Of a DNA stretch of 64,000 bases, positions 1 through 10,100 are shown piece after piece. The position numbers and the translations under genes are program-made. The DNA comes from Gracilinanus agilis (taxonomy: Eukaryota). The DNA is taken from contig NC_058132.1 of NCBI RefSeq assembly GCF_016433145.1, forward strand, positions 203,993,543 through 204,057,542, read 5' to 3'. Each line of letters starts with the position of its first letter. Positions within the stretch are counted from its first letter, which is position 1. The notes under the pieces are model-generated. The model saw only the letters and a list, made by a program, of their open reading frames with translations. It did not search any database and was not told the DNA's origin.

Positions 1-39
<39 letters not shown>

Positions 40-80
40 GAAGAAAGAAAGAAAGGAAGGAAGCAAGCAAGCAAGCAAGC
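1..80. repeat. (GAAA)n microsatellite grading into (GGAA)n and (AAGC)n
   Basis: Directly visible tandem units at the window start. Confidence 0.95.
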
Positions 81-83
81 TTT

Positions 84-287
84 GGGGCAGCTAGATGGCT
101 CAGGGGATAGAGAGTCAGGCCTGGAGAGACAGGGAGGTCTTGAGTTCAAATCTAGTATCAGATACTTCCCAGCTGTGTGATCCTGGTCAAATCACTTAAC
201 CCCAATGGCCTTGTCCTCATTCTTCTTCTGTCTTGGAACCAATTCTTAGTACTGATTCTAAGACAGAAGGTTAGTTTAAAAAAAAAA
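84..287 (+). mobile_element. tRNA-derived CORE-SINE (opossum SINE1 type)
   Basis: GGGGCAGCT head, GGTTCAAATC-type B box, CTGTGTGACCCTGGGCAAGTCAC-type core and A tail. Many further copies occur in the window. Confidence 0.85.
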
Positions 288-1060
288 GAATGTGAGCTTC
301 TAAAGAGCAGCCTTCTATTTACAGCCTCCAGAATAGGCTTAACACAGAGTAAATACTAAATTGATATTCATTTATTCACCTGTCTACCAGGAAATAAAGG
401 AAGATCTCATGTCTGGGGAATGGTAGCAAAATTAACTTTTAGTGTACAAGAAAGATGGTGTCAATTGCCAAATGGCTATACAAGTTATAGTGTATTAACT
501 TAATGGAATATTATTGTGCTCTGCTGTATGAAATAATGACTGGTGAATGAAGAGAAACTTGGGAAGACATTTGTTGTCAGTCAGGTGGCATAACTTGGGA
601 CTTAAGACCTAAGTTCAAAGCCTTCCTCAAAAATTTGCTGGGGGTCCAGGGAAAGGCAGCAAGGTGGCTCAGTGGGATTGAGATCCAGGCCAAGAGACAG
701 ACGGGAAGCCCTGGGTTCTGTGTAAAGGGAATTTCATCCCCTCCCTCTCCTGGATTGTCGAACCAGTTCATCCCATTTTTGCGTTCTGGCGCTGCATCCA
801 TGCACAAGGACAAAGAATAAAAGCGTGTGGGCATGACTCAAGGGCTCTCTATTCCCTGGAAAGATAGTGGGAGAGACTGGCTAATAGCCATGTGGGTAGA
901 GCAATCATGTGATCAGACTTGGGTTAAAAAATAGACTTTAAACTTCTATTTGCTTTCTTTAATTCAAGTGATTATTAATAAACTCTCTGGAGAATAAGGA
1001 CCTGGAGTTACTCATTTAAATCTAACAGTTCAAATCTGATCTTAGACACTTCCTAGCTGA

Positions 1061-1310
1061 TGTATAAATGGAGATTTTGAACCTTGGACTGCATCCCCCA
1101 TAAGTCACTTAGTATTTCCCAAAATTCCCTTTAATCTCTCGCACTTCCATATTTGCATGGTCATATTATTATTTTGTAGTTAGCTGTAACTCCTCCCTCT
1201 TCCTTTTTTGCTCGGCGGAGAGGGCTGAATAGCTAAGTCTCTTTAGTTATTATTAATGAAACTTTATAAAATATAATATTTAGTTCTATATATTAATTTT
1301 AATCTCCACA
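1061..1310 (+). mobile_element. short solo LTR inserted in a SINE
   Basis: TG...CA ends splitting the SINE core (cctagctga | ctgtgtgacc). A related element lies at 56478-56700. Confidence 0.6.
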
Positions 1311-2039
1311 CTGTGTGACCCCAGGCAAGTAAGTCACTTGACACAACCCCCCTTGCCTGGTCCATACCACTCTTCTGCCTTGGACCCAATACATAGTATT
1401 GATTTTAAGATGTCAGTTAAGGGTTTGGGGGGAAAAAAAAAGAAAGAAACTTACTAGGACCCTGAACAAGTCACTTAATCTTTCCCAGCCTCAGTTTCTC
1501 CATCTGTAAAATGGGGATAATAATATCTGTCTCCAGGTTTTAGTGACAATCAAATGAGATATAGCATAATATAAAGCAATTATGATAATAATAATTATTA
1601 TATATGGAAATAGGTTTTGAACAATGATACATGTAAAACCCAGGGAACTGCTCGGGGCTCCAGGAGGTGGGGAGGAAGAAGGGGAAGGAAAAAACATGAT
1701 TCATGTAACCATAGAAAAATATTCTAAATTAATTAGTTAAATAAAGAACGAAAAAATTATTATAAATAAGATACGCAAAGTGAAATATGCGGAATAACAA
1801 TATCTAATAATGAAGCTAGCATTTCTATAGCTTCTTTTAAAGTTTCCACAGCACGTACATAAATTGTCTCATTGGATCCTCACACTTCAGGAAGGTAGGT
1901 TTTATGATTATCTTTATTTTACAGAGGAGGAAACTGAGACAACCTAAGTTAAGTGACTTGCTGGGGGTCCCATTGCGGCTAAGTGTCCAAGGCTGGATTT
2001 CATTGGCAGTCTTCGTGACCCCCGACCCCAGGTCCAGTA

Positions 2040-2540
2040 TTTTATGTGGTGGGTTGCTTTTTTCTCATCGCCAGCGCTAGGCACAGAGCAGGTTGGCTGT
2101 TATTATTCTTCCGGGAGGCAGAAGACCACGTGACATCTCTCGGTGACGTCTTCTGACTCCTATCTAAATTGGATTGAAGTGAGTCAAAGTTGCCCAAAGT
2201 CTTCCGCCTCTCTCTCGCTTTAAGAGTCATCCAAGTCCAGCGGCAACACCAAAGTCAGGACGGCCGAGGCTGGCCCGCGATGCGGCCGAAGACCTCGGCT
2301 TTTTCCGTTCCTCACCGAGCTCCACAGAGCCCAGCCATTGGGACAAACTGGCCTCGGCCGCCCGGGTCTTCAAATACGCCACCTAGCGACCAGAGAAGCA
2401 ATAGCCACAACGACCCACAAGAAGGGAAAAGAACGAGGCAAAGGAAACTGAACTGAAAAATTGTGTAATGACCACGCTTGACCTCGAAGAAATATAAGGA
2501 CTCACCTCCCCCCATCGCCCCAGTTCTTTGCAGTGGAACG
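2040..2540. promoter_or_regulatory. orphan CpG-rich element with E-box, CRE, AP-1, ETS and CCAAT motifs
   Basis: About 30 CpGs in about 500 bp. CTTCCGG 2108, CCACGTGAC 2126, TGACGTC 2144, TGAGTCA 2180. Confidence 0.5.
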
Positions 2541-2992
2541 CTGTCAGCCCTGCGCTATGTCAGTCAGCTTTGCTCATCTATTTTCCTCTTCTTTTTTATT
2601 TTGTTATACTAGTGAGGGGAGGGAGGAGAGAGTAGAGGAAGGAGGGGAACATCAATCAAAATAGTGGGTTGTGTAAAAGGCAAGGTAGCAATCTTTTTTT
2701 TTTTTTTAAGAGCTAGGAGATGGCATTTCTTTACCCTTCTGCAACTGTTTTTCTGAATCAATCAACAACATTGATACATATCAGGCACTCTGCTAGGTAC
2801 AATACTTACAGTGCTTTGGGGATTTAAAAAAAAAAAAAGGAAAAAAGAAAGGGCAACAACATTCCTGCCCTCAAGCTTAAAATCTAATGGGAAGCCAGGC
2901 TTAGCCATGGGTGATTCTGGGTTCAGATATGACCTAAGACATGTCCTAGCTGTGTGACCCTGGGCAAGTCACTAAACCCGAATTGCTTAGCC

Positions 2993-3274
2993 CAGTGATG
3001 GTGAACCTATGGCACGAGTGCCAAAGGTGGCATTGGGTCACCCTCCCTCCCCACCCCACCCCTCCTTTCACTACTAGAAAGGCAGAGGTTCTCAGGAGGG
3101 GCTGTTCCCCTCCCCCTCTCCACAGGACGATGACATTTTTCACATCCCCCAGCCCTCTGCACAGCAGCCCAATGGGAGAGCTTTCTCCCACCTCTGTCTG
3201 AGGTAAGGGGGTATGGGATGTACCTGACACTTGTGGGGGGCTGCATTCCATCTCTAAAAGGTTCTCCATCGCTT
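2993..3274 (+). mobile_element. hAT MITE (family A) inserted in a SINE
   Basis: TIRs CAGTGATGGTGAACCT ... AGGTTCTCCATCGCT. The host SINE resumes on both sides. Confidence 0.8.
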
Positions 3275-3869
3275 CCCTTACTGCCTTTCTACCTTAGAAC
3301 CAATACACGGCATTGACTTCAAGATGGGTAAGGGTTTTTTAAAAAATCTAATGGGGGAGACATGCTAACAAATACATATGTATACAGATGCATATAGGTT
3401 TATATAAAGCAAGTTACATACAGGACAAATAGGAACTAACAGAAAGAAGGGACTGGAATGCTGGCTTCCATGGGATTTTAGTTGGGACTTAAAGGAAACC
3501 AGGGCAGTCAGTAAGGAGAATTCAGGGGGAGCATTCCATTGATCCATCTGCTAACGCTCTCTTCCAGTTTCTTACACTTTCCATCCTTCCCTTGTTGGTT
3601 CTAATCTCTTTCTCTAGAGAGGACGCCCCATCAGTTACTGCATGACCCTGGGTAAGTCTTGTAACACCTATGTAGAATCTCTGTAGAATAAAGAGATAGA
3701 CTCAGAGTTCTCCACACTCCCTTCCAGCTCTAACTTCAAGAATCCAAGAATCCATCTCTCTCCCTAAACCTGCCCAGCACCAGAAAATCCTAAACAGAGC
3801 AACAAAGAGTAGGATGATACTGAAAGGACAGAACAAGTAGGAATTGGTTTGAAAGTGCCCCACCCCTCC

Positions 3870-4175
3870 CACCTCGCGGACGCAAAAGGCGTGTCCGCGC
3901 AGCCGCATTAGGAGGGAAGCCGGGAGGGGCCAGTGCCCGGGCGGAAAGGGCGGGGTCTCTCCCCGGGTTGGAGGTCGCGGGGTAGAGTGGCCTCGGAGCC
4001 GGCGAAGCTGGGTGAGGTTGTGAGGCTTCGGGTGGACCCGGTCCCGGAGTGCCATGGCTCCGGCCCTGCGCTGTCCTCTGTGCCGCCAGAGCTTCTTTTC
4101 GGGCCGCGGACACGTCTACAGCCGGAAACACCAGCGACAGCTGAAGACGGCCCTGGAGCGACTGCTGCCCCAGGT
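3870..4175 (+). promoter_or_regulatory. CENATAC CpG-island promoter and 5'UTR
   Basis: CpG-dense, with GC boxes (GGGCGG about 3939 and 3949) upstream of a Kozak GCCATGG at 4051-4057. Confidence 0.75.
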
Positions 4176-7100
4176 CAGGCCCTGGATAGGGATGGCAAGC
4201 AAAGGGGCAGAGGAATAAGAGGAAAGGCCTGAGCATGGGGGTGTCAGGAAGGGGAGGAGCCTGGGTATGGGGGTGTTTGCGGGGGTGGGGCCTGGCCTTG
4301 AGCTCAGCGATATCTGGAGAAGGAGGGGAAGATGAAGAATCTAGGAAATGACGATTAAGAACCTGGGTATTGGGGTACTGGGGGGATTTTTGGAGATGAG
4401 TGTGAACACTTAGGGGCAAAGAAAGGTGAGGAACTTTGGTGATTGGTCGCTGAAGAGTGTTAGGGGAGAAACCACGGTACCGAGAGGTGAGGCAGTTGGG
4501 GAAGGCTGGGACTAATTAAGGAATTGCCTTTTTTAAATTACTTTGGGGAAAAGAAGGGATAATACTTCTCCTTGGTTCGAATGACCGTAGGTGATGAAGA
4601 CAAAACTTCAGACCTTCTCACTTCCCATTTTACTTGTTTTCTCTGCTTTTACTAGAAAAGACAGAACAAAAATGGCTCATAGGTTTTTGATAATCAAATT
4701 AAGTTAGAAAACAACCAGCTGAAATCATTGGGGCCATATGAACATTCTCAGGTGCTGAAAGAACTATTATAATTGTAAAGTCATTGCAGTGACTAGGATT
4801 TTCAATTATCATGTAGATAAGAAGAGAGGCATTTCGCGATTGAAAAACTAATACCTTTTTTATCCTTTAAGGGATGTGAAGAGTGCAAATTCTAGGCCAG
4901 TGGGTGATATTAACATTAATTCCTGCCAAAATCCTAGAATGGACTATGAAATAATGAATGCTTGCTAAATTGATGAAAGGAATGATTAGTACATATGTAG
5001 ATAGGAAGTGATGATCCCGAAGGTGGGGCTAGTATGACTTCTTTAAAAATAACTGTCACTAAAAATCTTAAATTTAAACATACTATATGTTATGCAATAT
5101 ACCTACCAATATATAAAGAAGAGGGGGAGAAATCACTATATCAGTATCAGTCTAGCACACTTACATGCTAGGCATTTTATACAATTAATAGACTGGTCAA
5201 TAAAGAATCATCTATGAGATGACAGGAAATAAAGAGAAAATAAACCATCCTATAAAAGATAATCAATATTGACAAAATATTAATAAAAATATTTTCTGTC
5301 ACAACAGGTCATACCAAAATAATCTAACTTCCATTTTTGACAGTTATTAATCTAGTAGATTGGGAAATAATATAAATTACCTAGCTCTTAGCACAAGTTT
5401 CATGCTATTCTCATGGACAAAGAGAAGTGTGGTCTGGGTGACTATAAATGGATGAGAGGTGTGGGTAGATTCAGAACCAGTGGACTCATAAGGCCAAAGG
5501 TGTAGTCATTAAATAGTCAAGGACCTCTAAGAAAACCTCTAGTATTGTACCTCATGACTGTGCTATTTAATTTTTTTCCTTAGAGACTCAAATAAAGATT
5601 GCTGGTATGCTTACCAATTTTGCTGTCTCCAAGCTGAAAGAGAAAGAGAGCTGTCTTGTTAGATGACAGAGTAAGGATCCAAAAAGATTTGGACAGATGA
5701 GAACATTGGGCTGAATCTAGAGTGTGGCAGAATTTAATTGGGATAAAGAAATTTTAACACATGGGTTCAAGAAATCAACTTCTAATCCAGAGGGTTAGAT
5801 GGACTACAAGCTCAATATGAATCAAAATATGATTTTGTTGTTTATTTGTTTTCAGTCAAATCTGACTCTTTATGATCAACCCCACATAGAGTTTTCTTGG
5901 CAAAGATACAAGTGGTTTGCCATTTCCAAAAACTGAGGCAAATACAGTTAAGTGACTTGCTAGTAAGTGTCTGAGGCCAGATCTGAACTCTGGATGAGTC
6001 TTTCTGACTCCATGGCCAGCGCACTCTATCCAATTTACCATCTAGCTACCCTCAAAATATGATATGGCAACCAAAAAAAGCTAATTCAGTCATACAATGA
6101 ATTAAGAGAAATATAGTGTTCAGGAATAAGGTTAGAAGTACCATATTGTACTATTTCCCAGTCAGATGACATCTGGATTGTCCAGATGTATGGAGAGCAC
6201 ATTTCAAGAACAATATTGATTAACTAGAGAATGTCCAGAAGAGGGCAGCTAGGATAGGAAAGGCCTCAAAGTGACACCATATGACAGTGATGGTGAAACT
6301 TTTAGAGACTGTGCTGTGGACACCCTCCCCCCCCCCCCATGCTGGGTACACCCCACCTACCCATCCCTTACCCAACGCAGGGGAGGGAAGAAGTGCTCCC
6401 GTTGGGCTGCTGGTGGAGGGGTGGGTGAAGCAAGGAATGTCCAGTTGGGGGGGGGGTGACCTAGAGCACTCTGCTCCTCTCTAGCTCTGCTGCCTATGAG
6501 CAGCCCACCTTACCTTGGCGCTGGAGGGCAGAGGGGCAGGTGATGTGAAAAAAATGTCCTCAGGCAGGGTTGGGGAGGAGCAGGGAAGCAGCTCTGGTTG
6601 AATTCCTCTGCCTTTCTAGTATTGAACTCTGGAGGTGGCTGTGTGTCCACAGAGAGCATTCTTTGTGCCATAGTTTCACCATCACTGCCATATGAGGATT
6701 GTTTGAATGAACTAGTCGTATTTAATATGGGAAACTAGAAGAGTTGGAGGCAGCTGGATGATTCAGTGGATTGAGAGCCAGACCTAGAGATGGGAAGTCC
6801 TGGGTTCAAATCTGACTTCAGATTCTTATTACCTGTGTGACTCTGGGCAAGTCACTTAACCCCCATTGCCTATCCCTTACCCCTCTTCTGCCTTAGAACC
6901 AATACCTAGTATTGATTCTGAGACAGAAGGTAACAGTTTAAAAAAAGAAAGATCTGATCGATGACCTCAAGCATTTAAAGGGATGTCCTACAGAAGGACT
7001 AGGTTTATACTGAGTCTGAGAACTAGGAATGAGTGGCCATTAAAGAATGAAGCAGATTTGGATTAATATAAAGAAAAAATACAGTTAGATATGTTTAAAA

Positions 7101-10100
7101 AATGGAATGGTTTTGTCCAAATATAGCAAGATCTTCAGCAGAGCTCTTCAAGGAAAATCTTGATTTTCAGGGATTCAAAATAGTCATAGTCTAAGGTTGA
7201 ACTAGATGGTCTCTAATATCCCTTCCAAATGAAGGTAAAGAATTTGAAGTAGTTGAAAGGAATGGTATGGGGCTAGTAGAGAATAAATTGAATTGAGATA
7301 TGAAAAGACTGGCTTTGAACTCTGTCCGATTTCATTCTTTTGTCTCGATAGGCGGAAGCTGCTCGAAAAGCAATTCGGGCTGCCCAAGTGGAGCGCTATT
7401 CTCCTGAGCATGACCAGTGCTGCTGGTGTCTGTGCTGTGGTTGTGAGGTTCAGAAACATCTAAGCCATGGAAACATGACTGTGCTACATGGAGGTCTGCT
7501 AGAACATCTGGCCAGGTACATACAGGTAGCCAAGAACCTTTCCTTAATATGGCCCAAAAAGTACCTTGGCCATATCAACCCATCAAACACTAGCCAACAA
7601 CCAATTAAGTGGTTCCTTCTTTAAACAAGGAGTTTTTGAGTGCTAGCTATGATCCAGGCACTGAAGTTACAAAGACAAAAGGAAAATAATCCCTGCCCTC
7701 AGGGAGCTTCCATTTTGACAGGCTAGACATTGTGTGTGTGTGTGTGTGTGTAAGTATGTAAGTATAGGCACAATATAGGCACACAAAACAGACAAATACA
7801 AGATAATCTTTGGCAGGAGGCAACAATAACTTGGGGAAGAGGGCTTAATCAGCAGAGGTCTCTTGAAGGTGGTAATGGAACAGAATATGAAAGGGGTAAC
7901 CAAGGATTCGAAGAGGCAGATGAGGAAGAAATAATTGTATTGCATACAGACATTGCAAAAGTACATAAATGGGAATTAGAGTGTTATATGAGGATATTCC
8001 ATTACCTTTTGCTTAGTGTTAGTGAGCATTGTTCTTTCTATACCAGAGAGGTAAAATAGCCCAAAGTCCCTACAATCCTTGATCGTGCAGTATGATCTAT
8101 ATGAGTGATTTACCATGGAATGACTTGCAAAGGCTTCTCCGTCCTTTCCTTTAGGAAGAAAAGCCTGGCAATAAAGTTCAGATCAAATTCATAGGACTAT
8201 ATTAATACCCTATCATCAGAAGTAAAGTATACATCTTTCTTTTTTGCTAAAAATCAATAAAGTTGAGAATGATGTGCATTATCAGTTGCAATCTATCAGT
8301 TGGGCAGCTTTGCTCAACTGTTTTCTGGAAATGTATATTTTGTTGGAACATTGTTTGGAAGAATCTGTCTTGTAAAATGTATTATGAAAAAAAAAGGAAG
8401 AAAGTATTTTGAATCATTGTATACCATTTTCTTCATCCGCAGTCCAGACCACAGGAAAGCAACCAATAAATTTTGGTGGGAGAACAAGGCAGATGTTTTG
8501 CTAAAAGAAAAGTTCCTAGTCTCACAGCATGATTATACCCGGTGAGTCATTGGATAAATGGGGAGAAAAAAACGTGAACAGAGGTAACCTTGTTAGAAAG
8601 AACATTGCCCCAATATAGACTCAAAAGATATGAATGAACAGGTTTTTTTATTATTTAATTTTTCCCCCAAATTACATGGGGAAAGTTTCCAACATTTTTC
8701 AAATAATATTCTCAAGTTCTCTCTCCCTCCCACTAACCTTCCAACCCCCTTCAGATAAGCAATCTCATAGATTTTACATGCGTGATCATGTAAAATATTT
8801 TTTCCATATTAATCCTTTTGTGGAAGGAAACTTTTAAAAAATGAAAAATGAAGTTTTTAAAAGAAAAAATTTCAGGTTATCAACAACCATATAAAGATCA
8901 CTCCAGGTCACTAATTAAAAGGGAAATGCACATTAAAACTGCTCAGGTATTTTCCATCATCTAGCAAATTAGAAAATATGGCAAAAGTCATAAAATCATC
9001 AATATTGGAAGAACTATAGGAGGACTATAATATGCTTATTGGTCGAGCTGTGGCTTGGTCCCACTTGTGTCTGGGAAACAGTTTAGAATTATGCTAGAAA
9101 GTGATTAGACTATTCATACCCTTTGAACCACAGATTCTACTGCTTGGGTAGATTTCCCAAGGATGCTCAGAAAAGGCACCAAATATTCCAAAACATTCAT
9201 AGGAGAACTTATGCTAAGCAAAAACTGGAAACAAAGTAGGTACATACTGATTAGGATATAGCTGAATAGCTGAACAAATTGTGACATACAAATGTCATGG
9301 AATACTATTACACTGTAAGAAAAAAAGAACATAAGAAATTTAGAGAAATATGGGAAGACCTGTAGGAACTAATGCAAAATGAAGTAAGAAGAAACATAGT
9401 AATAATAATCAACATTTATAAAATTACAGATGACATATTTATATAATGCTTTAAGGTTTATAAAGCTTTACATATATTCCTCACTTAAATCCTATGAAGG
9501 AAGTGCTAATTCTCCTCTGTTTATAGAGTATGAAACTGAAGCCACATGAGGTTAAGTGATTTGCCCATGGTCTTATTCCTGGGTTAGGATTTAAACTTTG
9601 GTCTTTCTGGCTCCCAGACATTGAGAGCTATACCCATCACTGCTAAAATAATGCCAAATATTAAGTAATCCTGATGGTGAGGAAATTTTCTTCATTTGGG
9701 GGTGAAGGGTGACCTCCTAGGTGAGTAGTGTTATATATGCTGTCAGATTCAGTCATTGTGTTCATTATGCTTGACTCTCTTACTTTCCGGAAATGACTGT
9801 GCTTTGAAAACAAAATTCATCACTAAAACTTATTTAAAAACACTAGGCTAAGTAGGAATCAAGAGATTTGAGTTCTTATCCTGATTGACACCAACTAGCT
9901 ATTGTAAGTAAGGCACATCACTTTGTAGAATGAAAGGATTGAACTTGATAATCTCAGACATCCTTTCTAGTTCTAAGATTCCATAATTCTGTGGGGGGGA
10001 TTAATAGCCAGTGCCTTGTTTTGTCCTAGAGATGACTCTAGGTTCTCAAAACCTATGCCAAGGAAGCAAAAGCCTTAATGAGTTCTACCAGAATGTCCAT

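Larger units (their letters stand above)
5690..7260 (+). mobile_element. old L3/CR1 LINE fragments, interrupted by MAR1, a MITE and a SINE
   Basis: Motifs such as gtccagaagagggcagctaggat...ccatatgaggattgtttgaatgaactag resemble the CR1/L3 ORF2 3' region. Boundaries approximate. Confidence 0.5.

Noticed and set aside
84-170. tRNA genes at SINE heads
   Set aside because: A/B-box-like heads run into CORE sequence with no cloverleaf; they are SINEs.
2265-2305. Y RNA or vault RNA gene (GGCTGG start, hairpin, T-run)
   Set aside because: Lacks the conserved Y/vault terminal stem sequences and any clear Pol III promoter. Kept only as a structural observation.
1-3800. Exons of the expected upstream neighbour FOXR1
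   Set aside because: No forkhead-domain-like coding sequence seen; the region is repeats plus the CpG element.
3790-4419. 209-aa minus-strand ORF over the CENATAC promoter and exon 1
   Set aside because: Low-complexity Pro/Ala-rich shadow ORF of a GC-rich island, antisense to a real exon, with no ATG start or recognisable domain.
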